From Haliotis rufescens (lineage: Eukaryota): DNA of 64,000 nt. Below the pieces are notes generated by a model that saw nothing but the letters and a program-made list of their open reading frames with translations, searched no databases and was not told the DNA's origin. Location: positions 186,001-250,000 of the forward strand of contig NW_025964124.1 in NCBI RefSeq assembly GCF_023055435.1, given 5' to 3'. A program made the position numbers and the translations under genes. Below, one piece after another: positions 44,539-58,509 of the stretch (positions are counted from its first letter, which is position 1; each line of letters opens with the position of its first letter).

Positions 44539-47500
44539 TACTATTCCAAAAAAGAAACGCATAAGGCAGAAATCTGAAGAGACAAAGGTTTAATTCAAAC
44601 GTGTATAACTATTCAACAAACATACTTAGGAGCATGAAATTTGACGTGCACATGGCAGAACCTCGTGTGTATACGATGTAATGATCACCACAGGCTAAAC
44701 AGTCATGATTTTGTTAAGCGTCCACAGAAGTGCTAGTATCTGTTATGTCCACCACGTGCACGAATAACAGTTCGGACCCGCCTCGTCATGGACTGGATCA
44801 GACGCTATATAACTGGTTGAGGAATTCTCCTCCACTCCTGCTGAAGACATTTAGCTAACTCCTGAAAAGTTTGAGGTTGACGTATACGCTGACGTAGACG
44901 CCGATCAAGTTCATCCCAAAGATGTTCTATGGGGTTGAGATCCGGGGAACGAGATGGCCAGGGAAGCACAGGCATGTTGTTATTTGCCAGATACTCCATG
45001 GTGACACGTGCTGTATGTGGCCTGGCGTTGTCTTGCTGAAATAACTCCCGTCGGACGTCAATGACTGGGAGAAGGTGTTGCTGAAGAATATTGTCCCTGT
45101 AGCGCACAGCCGTCAGGTTTCCTTGGACATAGATAAGATTAGTACGGTTGGTGTAGGATATCGCCGCCCACATCATGACACTTCCTCCACCGAATCTGTC
45201 CACTTGACGTACACAGATAGGAGCATAACGTTCAAGGACCCGTCTGAAAACTCTGTTTCGTCCATCCCGTCTCTGTAGAAGAAACCTAGTTTCATCGCTA
45301 AACCATATGCGCCTCCAGTTTCGTAAGTTCCAGGCCGACATGTTATTGCACCAGCGGAGACCTTTGACGCGATGCTGACGTCGTAACACGTTCCCGAAGT
45401 AGGGTCTCCGGGCTCTCAGTCAAACCTCTCTCAGTCTGTTCCGTACTGTTTGCAGCGATGTCCTTCGAAGTCCATGCACCCTGGCCGCTATGCTCTCAGC
45501 TGTAACAGTACGATCACGTAAATGGAGGACCCGGATGTAGCGATCCTGAGCTGCTGTGGTGACTCGAGGTCTTCCGGTGCGTGGACGGTCGTTTGTGGTA
45601 CCTGTGAGGTTGTAGCGTGTTGCGAGTCGAGTAATCGTACTCTGGCTTACATTGAGACGTCTTGCAACTGAAGATTGCGACTCACCAGCCCCTAGTCTTC
45701 CAATGGCGATATTGCCGCAGCGTCTATACGTGGCATAATGATTCCGTTGTGAAACTCTTCAAAACTGATTTCACATTTCGAATGCGACATGCCATTTTAT
45801 AGACAGATACAGCATGCAACTCATGGCCCAATTTGCACGTGCAAAATGAGTTTGGTTTCGTTTGGTTGATGTGTTTTCAGAAATTTGTAAAACGTCTTAT
45901 GAAACACAACGTTTTGCGTTTTGGTGTTTTTTTAAAATACAGATTTGCATAGAAATCTCCTATACACAGATTTATAACATATTTTATCGATTCAGTTGAC
46001 ATATTCCCAGCCAACAATTCTACGTTGTGACAACGTTGTGACAACGTTGACTTTTCGTTGCTACAACGTTGTGATGTTACGTTGTCACAACGTAATTCTG
46101 TAGACTCCCAGATTGGTTGCTACAACGTTGTGCGTAAACCAAAATACAACCAAATCAAGACGTTGTCACAACGTCCATTTTTTACGTTGCTACAACGTTT
46201 AACCAAAACGTCGCGACAACGTACCCAGCCAACAATTCTACGTTGTTACAACGTTGTGACAACGTTTACTTTTCGTTGCTACAACGTTGTGATGTTACGT
46301 TGTCACAACGTAATTCTGTAGACTCCCAGATTGGTTGCTACAACGTTGTGCGTAAACCAAAATACAACCAAATCAAGACGTTGTCACAACGTCCATTTTT
46401 TACGTCGCGACAACGTAGGTATCGCATACTGTTTACATATGGCGACACTACAGGCATTGCAGCACGTTGTTGCAATGTCCATGTAGATTAACGCCTGTTT
46501 TATTCCTCAATACCTCCCAGGCAGCCTGAAAAGTTTGTACCAATCTAGTTAAGACGTCAGGTACCAAGAAATACATTCTGCAAACTGAATTCACTTTAAC
46601 CCTATCCATGAAACAGCAAGTCAATGAAATGCACTCTCTTTTGGCAGAGTTTGAAATACGGCCAAGATATAAATCTAAATGTTTTAAATTACATGTACAA
46701 TTTGGTAATATAATATTCATTTTCCAAAACAATTTTCAAGGCTATGTGCAAATTGTTCACAAATGTTTCAACACAATTAAAAGATATTGGATTTTCCCAC
46801 GAATTTGCAAATTAAAAACCATCAAACAATAAGCCCTGCACAAATTGAAACATTTAAATTTTCTTGGCCTTACCTCATACATTCAGCATTGAGAGCAACA
46901 CTGTGACAAACAGAATAGTCTATGCATCTGATGTCCTAAGATCCATTAAGTAAACGAAATGACAATAGAATTCTGGTTGAGGTGACCTTTATTTATTTGT
47001 TAAATGACAAGTCAGAACATGGGCTGAGTTGCTGGGGAGCCTTTTCAGTCCTCTAATGAAAAGTCACAGGGATGATCTTCAACTGTATCCTCAGTCTCTC
47101 CTTATGCCTTGGTAACTGAATAAAAAATGACACAAATGTTATAAAATGGCAAGGCAAGGGACATATTTCTGACATAACAAAATAACGGTTGCATTCCCCA
47201 AAATAATGTTTTGATGTCTGATGTCAGTCTTTAAACTGTTAAAAACTGCTGAAAGTGCGAAGGCGCTGACACTAATACCATGATGCTCTTGGATCATACA
47301 TAAGCAGAAAAGCTTTTAGCACTGAATCATTGGTGTAACTTTATACCCCCGCCCTTTTAGATTGTGGGTATAATTAAATAAGAATCATCTAAATTTTAAT
47401 TCTTGAAGATGTTTGTATATATTATTGAATCAGACATACCTTTCTGTCAGTGATATGTACTTTAAACAAATACGCTCCCACAATACTGTTTTCTCCACCT

Positions 47501-50500
47501 GAAAGAAAAACAGAAACCACAAAGTATCACATTCTTAAATAAACCAGTACTGTATAGATAAATCCCATTTACTTAGACTAATAGAGTATGATGTAACTGA
47601 TAGTAATATTGGCAAATAGTTTTATCAGTCAACAGATCAACTGTAGTTTTTCAAAAGCAGTAACTTTACCTTTCTGCTGTACACTCAAACTAGTGATTCA
47701 AGTGAATATCATGGCCAAGTTTCTAAAACCTTATTTGAAAAATATGTACATAAATGAAAAATATATATTGCCAAATAAAATAAATAGTTCCCATATTTGA
47801 AGCAAGAATGTTGAATATGAATTATGAATTGGCCCACCAATAAGTGATAAAAGTGTTAACACTTTGGGGTATTTATCCTAATTAAAACTGTGATTTTTTT
47901 TAACACTTAGATCTACCTTAATATTTTCCATATTAATATGCCAGGATAGTTATATATGTTCTAACATTTACAAAGATTAGAAACATGGGGAAATAAACAA
48001 AATGCAATAGCTTATACAATACCAGACGAAGTTGAAACAGATCTAAATATTTATTGAAATTTATTTGTCACTACGTTTATTAACATAGATCTAATACAGT
48101 TAAATATCGTTTAATATAATTCTGTAGTATGGTAGCCTACGTGGCAACATATGCAGATCGAAAACCGAAAGAATATGGTTGCTATCAATTCCATTGTATT
48201 TTTCATTGGTGCACATTGGCTACACCTATCTCACTTTAATAATCAACAAACGATGACCAACTCACTGACAATATATGGTGATATTTAACTTTTGACTATC
48301 GACTAGCTTATCATCACCAGAGAGGACAATACCGCAAACACCCCGTTATAGCGCGCGACGAGAAACTCGTTTTACTTTTGCTCGTTTTCATTAGAAAGGA
48401 GTCGGACATAGATCTAGTTATCGGAAAATGATGAATTGATTCTTTTTTCGGAAATAATAAAAATACACATGATAAGCACCTTGCTATGATAAACTTTATA
48501 GACAGCAGCAACAACCTGATGATCCACATTTAGGCTACTTCAGTCAGTGCTAATTAGGCCTTTTCGGAAACATCAAGTATGTTTTTGTCTCTTCCCGAAA
48601 ATACGATTTTTTTCATAACATCATTGATCACTTTAGACTAGGGCTATAACTAGCAGCCTACAGAGAGTCGATCTGAATACTTCCATTGTTTTGATTCCCT
48701 CTTTTCGCTGTATAAGAGAAATCTACTTAACCTTTCCCATGGCCTGGATGAGCCACATTGTTGCACAAAAATCAAAGTCAGAAGATTAGTACATGTAAAC
48801 TTTAAATAGTAATGATTTCAGAAATAACACAGAAGAAATGGCGATAACTGTCAGTGCGGTCAGTAGGCGATGCATAAGTTAGGCCTATTTACAAATCTAC
48901 ACGCTTACGAACGAAACCCGAACATAATATGACGGCCACAAAACGCCACCAGATTGAATTCTGGTCAAAAATATACCGCTTGCCCTTGGCAATTACCCTT
49001 GGTATCCATAAAATAATAATATGGAAAAAAGTCTTGGGCCCCCTTCACCTCTATCATCAAGTTCTGTGTATCATATTAATATCAACACTGACGCTCAGTG
49101 AAAATGACCGGCAAACTGCATTCTTAACCCTGCCACTTCTGAATAATACGATACATTTAGATCATTTGACGCACTGCATGCACAGAAACATATCAACAAG
49201 AGGAGACTATTTTTGAAAAATTAACTTACCTCAATCGAATTCACAGATCATCTGTCCAGTTCCAGTTGCTGCACAATCACTTGCTTGTAATATATTATGT
49301 CCAGAGTGAGTTTGAGCTAAGATGGCTGGTGACAACAAATCTTCCGCGACAATGTGACGTCAGGCTAAACTTTTCTGCAGTCGCTCTCACGCCGCAAAAA
49401 ATACGCGCCAATTGTTTTTAACTGTAATATTGCTTGTGACAACATTTAGTTCGTTAATAGATATATATGTTTAAAAAAAAATAACACTAAGAGATGGTAG
49501 ATCTACAAGTGGTTTCCTAAACATCATTTACAAAAAGTACTGTAATGTCCAAAGCACAACGTTATCACAACGTTAATTTGCAACGTTGTTGTAACGTTGT
49601 CACAGATATACGCAATTACGTTCTCGAAATATTAGTATTAAGAGATGAAAATTCAAATGCCGAATATATAGAAAGGTAATGCATTACTAACTTGGTTTTC
49701 TGACAAATTCATGTTGATTTTGATAGAGCAGTTCTATTCCTTCTATTCTATTCTATCGAGAAGCAAACTCAATAACGTTTCACCGACGTTTCAGAAACGT
49801 AGTTACAAAACGTTGTGTGATGTCCAATGCACAACGTTTTCACAACGTGAATGTGCAACGTTGTTATTACGTTGTGAAATAACGTTGCAGGTCGACGTTA
49901 AAATAACGTTGTTACAACGTTATATCACGACGTTACCAATCCACAACCTTTCAACAACGATGGAAGTGCGAATCATGCATGTATGGCGAAAATGTTATTG
50001 TCATTGTTTGTTGTTTAATCGCCTCTTACGACAAGCACGGGTTGCTGAAAAGTGAAAACCAAATCTAACATTATTGTAATTTTCTGCCAAAATGTAGTTT
50101 ATTTCGAGTAAACACCTTTGTTTTTACGCTTTTCGCGATGAAGACTATTTGACGTCGCACCAACGTATGAGAAACGTTCTCATCATAACGTTGCATGGCG
50201 CCCGATGCACAACGTTTCCACAACGTAATTTTGCTACGTTGTGATTACGTTGTCACATAACGTTGGAGTGACGTGATAATAAGGTGTTTACACAGACTTT
50301 AGTTTATTTACGAGATGGAAATCCTGATTCCGAAGATATAGGTAAATAATGAATTACTGCCTTGTTTTTGGCAGAAATTGTGTCGATTTGTATGTAAAAC
50401 TTTTGTTCATACAATGTTTGTTAAGGCGACAGTTGACGTCGCACCAACGTTTCAGGAACGATGTAACAAGACGTTGGGAAATATTCGATGAACAACGTTT

Positions 50501-50698
50501 TCACAACGTAAAAATGCAACGTTGTTATTACGTTGTGAAACGACGTTGCACAGTGACGTAATAATAACGTTGTGACAACGTTGTATCACTACGTTACCAA
50601 TTCACAACTTTACCACAACGTTGTGAAAACGTAGTGTGTTAGCTGGGTTCTTTGATCTGAGGAATTTTTTTAAATTCATAAAGACCTATGCGTTTTAT
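44539..50698 (-). mobile_element. Defective Tc1 (duplicate of 2597-4112), interrupted at 46006-50647
   Basis: ORF 44805-45389 nearly identical to 2863-3447, same disabling stops; terminal ~50 bp displaced to 50648-50698. Confidence 0.93.
46006..50647. mobile_element. Non-autonomous EnSpm/CMC-like DNA transposon, 4642 bp
   Basis: Absent at the equivalent site GACATATTCTTTG (~4057-4069); termini CCCAGCCAACA / TGTTAGCTGGG; 2-bp TSD TT; dense subterminal ACAACGTTG repeats at both ends; no transposase ORF. Confidence 0.88.
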
Positions 50699-51080
50699 AT
50701 ATATAAGAAAGTACTATGTATGAAACTGATATAAAGAAGATGATGGACTAACGTGGACTTTATTATTTAATTATATATGTATATATACAATGAAACATGC
50801 CAACAACAGTAATATACAGCATACATTTCCTCTAAACGCTGCATGTTTATCATCCTACACATTTCTCTTGTCTTTACCGAACCTCGCACATATAACAGAA
50901 ATATTAGTATTAGCAATATATAAGAAACTCACATTTAATCAAATTCAACTTTTTATCTAATATCTGTTTGAACACGAAGTGCAACACAAACAGATCCCAG
51001 ACTCAGTTTTACTAGGAATATTGCAATAAGCAACACCCACACTATCAGCTCCCACAGTCTGGTCATGTGGAGGCGTCGTC

Positions 51081-54000
51081 TCATTTCCATAACGGCCACT
51101 CCCACAACTTCTTCTTCTTTTGGCCGAACTGAAAGGATTAACAAAACAGTTCACACGTGGTTGCAGCCGTTCACCCATGTCACAAAATAGTCTATGAAAA
51201 ACAAGGAGCTCATTTCTATGTATTCTGTTTCTCTGAAACAAGAAAGGTAAATATAAGTTTAATGTGAATTTTTGGGGACATAGCATTACATTGATGTATC
51301 AATCAATCCCACGGAAATATCAGTCCCGATTATCTGCCGACACAGACTCCACTGGGCGTGAAAGACAAACCAGTGGTTCAAGAAATAGTACGTGTTTGTA
51401 GACTATTGCCGCACAGGATGGCGTCTGTAGGAAAGCGGCCCCAAGTGGGCAAAGTCGACATAATTACATATAAAGGACTGTGTACCTTCAGCACGGCGTC
51501 TATGATCTGATGAAGTGATCCTGTTTTCAGCACCAGTTGGTTCTCTATCCTGCTGGCCATATCGTCTCCGAGTAGATGTGGGGCTGTCAAGAATTTCACG
51601 CATTATCACATCCTTTTTGCACATAAGACACACTGACTACTAGGGCGTAAGTATTAAATCATACACATTATGACGATGTAAAAGAATCAAATGTTATTGT
51701 GGTTGCTTACAGTATCTCATAATCGTTATTTGAACATCACTAAACGCGTCAGTACATCTTTCTTGAAACGTATGTGACATGTTTTTGTCACACTGATTTT
51801 CAAGAGTAAGATTTTCTAACTTACGATGCAGCTTAAAGATTCATTGAATGTTTCCATAACACTCATCATGTAGATACGAAAACATCGGGTCGAATACGTT
51901 CACTTCGTTTCTCCCGACATTATTTCTGTGGTTACTTCTCTAATTAGAAAACTTCCGTATAAAACTTACATCTTCCCCGTGTCTCTGACATTCCTGCAGC
52001 CTGAAAAATATATAAAAGTTATCTTGGGAGTTGGTAAAACGTTTATTCAAATAAACACAGAGTAGCAGCATATTTTGTATAACAAGACACTGAAAGGCAT
52101 TCTGCGCGCCAACACACAACCATGCTTCCATTCCCAAAGGTCAACTGACAACTGTATATGCAATGGTAACATACATAAAACACTAACCAGACACAAAGCT
52201 CATTTGAACAGATGCAGATATTTTGATATTGCATATTATGGATTGTTTTGATTCAATGTCATAATTGGTTACGGCATGCATCATTTGTCATAATTCATTA
52301 TTGTTCAACGGCTATACATAGATTGCATTCTCCTAATCTTGACTGAACAAACGGGACGGTGCCTAGTGGTTAAAGCGTTCGCTCGTCACACCGGAGACGC
52401 GGATTCGATTCCCAGATAAGTACTTTGTGTGAAGCTCATGGCTTGTGTGATATTGCTGGACTATTGCTAAAACCGGCGTAAAACCAAACTCACTCACTAA
52501 CTAAACAAACAGCTTACTTGGCAGAAGATTAATTAAGAAGCAAGTGTTAAATCTGCAATATTGAGGTTTGACATGCACATTCTAAAATATGTAGTTGATG
52601 AAAAGCAGAACTACATCCTTTGTCACAGGTGTTACCTTTGGTGCCTGGTTCTGTTGACATTTCAGCACCTCATCAAGTATGTCCGGTAGTATCCCTGGTG
52701 GCAACTTACACTTTTTCTCCACCGCTTTTTGTAAATCAGTTGTCTTTATCTTCATTTCTTCCAGTATAGTCCGTAGTTTGTCTGAAATATCCCAGAGAGA
52801 TGTTTGATTCAGTGACGCATCTGTATTCTGGAACTGTACCTTCAGGGTAATTACTATTACTTGAGAATATTTGCATTTATACAATGTCATCTGGAAATAT
52901 GATAACAGAGACCTAGGTTTACTAGGGTTTCAAAGTTCTTGCTCATGTTACCGAGATTTTGGTCGCATCCAGGTCCAGAATGTGGAGGACAGCAAGAGTT
53001 ACTTCCTGACTCCTGGAAAAGGGAAACAGGAACTGCATACATGCAAGATTATAATAATAGTAAGGAGTATGTATTACATGTTATATGCTAAGATAACTCC
53101 AGACTAGGAAATAGCGCCTGTTTGACGAATGGCTGGAGGAATACAATACCGCATATGTTATCCACGGGGAAGACATGCTTTACATAGGAGCTGAAAACAT
53201 GATCAAACTTTGTGTGACCCGAGCGTCAGCAGATATAAATAAATAAATAAATATATATTTATATATATATGTAGTTGTAACGTTTCTTCCAGCAGCAATC
53301 ACACACGAACCTGCATCTCTGCTCCCAGTGGTGGCACATCTCTCCTTGAGGTGTTGGGTGTGTGATCATGAGAAACGACAGGTTCATCTCCACCATGAAG
53401 TCTGACTGTGACACCAGCGATGTTGTCACCTTGACTCTTGGCACCACTTCCAGTAGAGTTGCCTTTGTCCACTTCGTTGTTGGCATGACTAACAGTAGAG
53501 TTCATTTTGTCCACTTGATTGGCGGCGTGACCAACGGTAGAGTCTTCTTTGTCCTCTAGGCTGTTGGCATGACTACCAGTAGCGTCCTCTTTGTCCTCTA
53601 GGCTGTTGGCACGACTACCAGTAGAGTCCTCTTTGTCTTCTAGGCTGTTGGCATGACTACCAGTAGAGTCCTCTTTGTCTTCTAGGCTGTTGCCACGAAT
53701 ACCAGTAGAGTCCTCTTTGTCCTCTAGGCTGTTCGCACGACTACCAGTAGATTCCTCACTGTCTTCTAGGCTGTTGCCACGACTACCAGTAGAGTCCTCT
53801 TTGTCCTCTAGGCTGTTGGCATGATTACCAGTAGAGTCCTCTTTGTCCTCTAGGCTGTTGGCACGACTACCAGTAGAGTCCTCTTTGTCTTCTAGGCTGT
53901 TGGCACGACTAACAGTAGAGTCCTCTATGTCTTCTAGGCTGTTGGCATGACTACCAGTAGCGTCCTCTTTGTCCTCTAGGCTGTTGGCACGACTACCAGT

Positions 54001-57000
54001 AGAGTCCTCTTTGTCCTCTAGGCTGTTGGCACGACTTCCAGTAGAGTCCTCTTTGTCCTCTAGGCTGTTGGCATGACTACCAGTAGCGTCCTCTTTATCC
54101 TCTAGGCTGTTGGCATGACTACCAGTAGCGTCCTCTTTGTCCTCTAGGCTGTTGGCACGACTACCAGTAGAGTCCTCTTTGTCCTCTAGGCTGTTGGCAT
54201 GATTACCAGTAGAGTCCTCTTTGTCCTCTAGGCTGTTGGCACGACTACCAGTAGAGTCCTTTTTGTCTTCTAGGCTGTTGGCATGACTACCAGTAGAGTC
54301 CTCTTTGTCCTCTAGGCTGTTGGCACGACTACCCATAGAGTCCTCTTTGTCCTCTAGGCTGTTGACACGACTACCAGTAGAGTCCTCTTTGTCTTCTAGG
54401 CTGTTGGCATGACTACCAGTAGCGTCCTCTTTGTCCTCTAGGCTGTTGGCACGACTACCAGTAGAGTCCTCTTCGTCCTCTAGGCTGTTGGCATGACTAC
54501 CAGTAGAGTCCTCTTTGTCCTCTAGGCTGTTGGCACGACTACCAGTAGAGTCCTTTTTGTCTTCTAGGCTGTTGGCATGACTACCAGTAGAGTCCTCTTT
54601 GTCCTCTAGGCTGTTGGCACGACTACCCATAGAGTCCTCTTTGTCCTCTAGGCTGTTGACACGACTACCAGTAGAGTCCTCTTTGTCTTCTAGGCTGTTG
54701 GCATGACTACCAGTAGCGTCCTCTTTGTCCTCTAGGCTGTTGGCACGACTACCAGTAGAGTCCTCTTTGTTTTCTAGGCTGTTGGCACGACTACCAGTAG
54801 AGTCCTCTTTGTATTCTAGGCTGTTGGCACGACTACCAGTAGAGTCCTCTTTGTTTTCTAGCCTGTTGGCACGACTACCAGTAGAGTCCTCTTTGTATTC
54901 TAGGCTGTTGGCACGACTACCAGTAGAGTCCTCTTTGTTTTCTAGGCTGTTGGCACGACTACCAGTAGAGTTCTCTTTGTATTCTAGGCTGTTGGCATGA
55001 CTAACGGTTGAGTTCCCTTGGTCTACTTGGCTGTTGGCATGATTTCCAGTAGAGTTGCTATTGTCTTCTTCGCTGTTGGTATGACTTGCAGTAAGGGTGC
55101 CATTGTCCTCTTGCCTGTTGTTATGACTTGCAGTAGAAGTGTTAATGTCTTCTTTGCTGTTGGTATGATTTCCCTGGAAGCGGTACGTTGTCGTTTCGAG
55201 TTCTGAACAAAATATATGCATCTTGTATTAAATCTTAAGATTTGAATGATAACATTCGACATTCATTACATCAATCAGTTGACATTGGGCGGCGAAACAG
55301 TGCTAGAACAATGTTTATTTTTACAGTACTGTATCAGTACATCTCTTACTGTCATTATCATGCAATTGAAACTGCACATGATTATTAAAGAACTTTTACC
55401 TTGACCTCCACAGAGATGAACTGATCCCACGTATCTTTGTAGTTGTGGTTGATCATCAGACTTCTGCTGATATAGTGAACACGATAATCATATTAAAAAT
55501 AAGCTCACTACACAGTGACGGTTAGTTTCAGTGGTATCTTTATTTAATCGTAGTTGACTTGTGACTCATATCTACCTTAAATCCATATTCTGTCCCAAGC
55601 ACATCTCCAAGTCTTTTAAATGTGCACTTGTTTACTTGTGTATCAAGATGTCCTGATGTTATAAGAAGCTTGTCTATGTACTTAAAGCGTGAGGCACAAT
55701 CTGGAGTAAAGCCACAGCCATATCGCTGTGACATGGCAAAGGCGGTGAAGAGAATAATGTTCCTACAGCTAAGATTACCTGAAATGAAAACGGATAAATA
55801 CATTTATCATATAATGGGTAGGTTTCTCGGCAGGATAAATCCAACGGATAAAAACGATATCCGTTGGGGTCATATGCGGATAGAGATGCAAATATCAAAG
55901 GTCAAGTAGGACTACTTTCACTGTTTATAAACAAACATGGCGTCGCCCTCGTCATTCGGCGATCGAGTCAGATTTAACCATCGGGAATCTGGATAAACTA
56001 CAGGGATAATTGCTATCATTATCAAAAGAACAGTCTAATATACTGAAAAGCAGTGTCTAACTGTGACGTAGCTAAGGCAATTTATAAGTTTTGGCAACTT
56101 TGGAGATATAAATTTCGACACAATTTTGCGAGGGGGGATGAGGCCTAGCCAAGCGGGATCAGTAGCCATATCTGTGACCTGTATCTGTAGCCATATCTTT
56201 AGACCTCTGCGGCTTGAAACCTTCTCCACAAATTAAAATAGTTGGATTTGGCCGAAATAAGTCTGAATTGTTATCTTGTTTCGTTTTGTCGCTGTGTGTA
56301 CATCTGACTACACTTCTTAACGTTATAACAGGACAGACCGACTGTCAACAACGTCTGGCCGTGACGTCTCATAGACTAGGGTAAGAGTAGCTTCCCGTTG
56401 ACAAAGGGCAGTTACTATAGCGGACAGACCGATGGAATGCCGCGAAAGGCAATTAAAAACAACTGTTGTTTTGCGTATATGTTGCTTCGCCACTGTATAA
56501 GAAACAGATTTCAGTTGGAACTATATCGGCTACTGTCACTGTCCGACTGACACATCACCTACCCTGTGACGCAATAAATATTAATGCACGCATTCCAGGA
56601 AAAGTCGCAATGTTTCGGTAATGTTTGTGAGAGAGGGAAAGCGATTTAAAGCACAGAATTAAAGAATGACATTATATGATAAAGAAGTTATCACGCTTGG
56701 GGATGGGAAATATCCTGTATTAGGAATAAACACTATGTATTTAGCTCGCCAAGGCTCGCTAAATACAATGTTTAATCCTAATGCAGGATATTTACCATCC
56801 CCAAACACACTCGCGTGATAACCTCTATTTACATGTTTTGTTCTTTGTATTAATTACGTTAAGATTGATATATTATTTTTTTAATAATCTACACAATTTA
56901 CATACAATCAATCATTGTAATGCTTGGACTTAATCCTTTCTCGACATGGTTTGCTTCTGAAGAAATGATCTATGTAATAACGATTGGTATTGTTATTTAG

Positions 57001-57299
57001 CTTTCCTTAACTTCACATTCACTAGACTTGCCAAACTTCAGAACTTCAGAATAAACTGCACCGCATCTTAACAATTGTCGCCTACAAAAATTCTTACATT
57101 TATCCAGGAACCGTAGAACCACTCCATTAAATTCATCATTCGGTCTGCCTTGAGGCCGGAATATCACAATGTGCAGCGGTGCAAGAGTCGGGGACAGTTC
57201 CTTGTCCAGCTCAACATGGAGAGACAGTTGGTCTATAAAAGACTCCATGAGTTTGTCATCATAACGTGTGCTGGGCAGAACATAAATCGGCAGTGACAT
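51081..57299 (-). CDS. Multi-exon uncharacterised protein, paralogue B (~915 aa): putative TIR-like domain + 41 x 14-aa acidic repeats + one helical module + basic/aromatic C-terminus
   Basis: Exons 57299-57098, 55778-55576, 55466-55400, 55202-53311, 53012-52952, 52781-52636, 52000-51970, 51583-51486, 51128-51081; all GT-AG, phases consistent, 2748 nt, no internal stops; ends FGQKKKKLWEWPLWK*. Confidence 0.82.
52353..52503 (+). mobile_element. SINE family 2 (duplicate of 5771-5921)
   Basis: Same sequence and position in the intron. Confidence 0.85.
53440..55161 (-). repeat. Coding 42-bp minisatellite, 41 units (consensus NSLEDKEDSTGS[R/H]A)
   Basis: 574 aa = 41 x 14 within the 640-aa ORF; 294-bp (7-unit) higher-order repeat marked by the SMG variant at 54331 and 54625. 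Confidence 0.96.
55802..56831 (+). mobile_element. Complete ~1-kb non-autonomous element with ATTTA direct repeats, internal complementary region and long 3' hairpin (DIRS/Crypton-like, inferred)
   Basis: Absent from the equivalent intron (single ATTTA at 12709-12713); ATTTA at 55802-55806 and 56827-56831; TTTATCATATAATG (55803) inverse to CATTATATGATAAA (56670); ~65-bp-arm hairpin 56684-56826. Confidence 0.85.
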
Positions 57300-58509
57300 A
57301 TCTGAAACAGATTTTAACAGGCTTGACACATATATTTGCTACAATGTTAATGTCTTGATACATACACATAAAAATACATAATTTTAAGGACATGAATGAC
57401 TACTTTCCTTTTCCGATTTTATTATAAGAATAAAATCATTGATAATTGTTCAACAAACTAATATTACAGAAATCTAGTTGCGTCATGGTCTCACATACTG
57501 TGTTTTGGTGTATCTACACAGCGCGTAGATTCAAAGAAGGGCATAGCATGTTTAAAACTATAAATGCCATTTTCCACTGGCTGGGTTTTCGAATCCAGAT
57601 GTGCCTCATTACGGCAGAAGTGCACAACATTCTAAAATTATCGTAGAAAGAAGCGAACGTAAATTGTTCTTTCATTTGCAAGAAGAAGATGGTTAGATGA
57701 TAGATACACGCGTCTTTAAGATTACAGCTATAAACGTAACTTCTCCAAGTTGACAACACATGCATCCAGAGACAATATGTCTTTTAGAAGTCAACAAAAA
57801 TAATGACACCAACGCTTTACATGAAAGAGACAGATCCACCTTTCATGTTGCTTAGTTGAGAACAAAGGGTATTTTGTAAACAAACGTATAGTGATTCCAG
57901 CACTAATATAATAGGGACATGAATAATAGTAATAGAAAGAGTATTGAAACATTTACCTCAACCACGCCAACCAGACAACTGCAGACACATCTGTATGTTC
58001 GCTTGAACTTGTCTCAGCTATCCCCTTGTCAGGTTGTCAGGCGTTGCACACCACCAAGCTGGAAGGAGCCGTCTTGTTTATACCGCCGCTCCTGGCAACT
58101 ATCGCAGACAATGTGTGCACACCAAGCTGGTAGGACGTGTTATTCCTCGCAAGCGGCAATACAACGTAAGTTAACATATCACTTGACCTTGGTGTATCTT
58201 CCTTCGTTAGAAAATATATCTTTGCAATATCTAATTATGCTCAAGTCTGCATCTGGTTGTTTTATCCATGAATGAAGCTATAGCATAGTATTGAGTAATC
58301 ATTTTACTTGGAAATACAATCAGCCAGCACATAATATGTTCTGTATAGATGACTATTGTAATGAACAGGCATAAAATCATTGGACTATTTGGTAAAATAT
58401 AAACGTATTTAATATTGTCATGAGGCAATGACATATGCTTAAACTACTGTAAACATAACTAAGATAAACTGTTTTTGTTGAATTTGGTTTATGTGGATAA
58501 TAATTAAAA

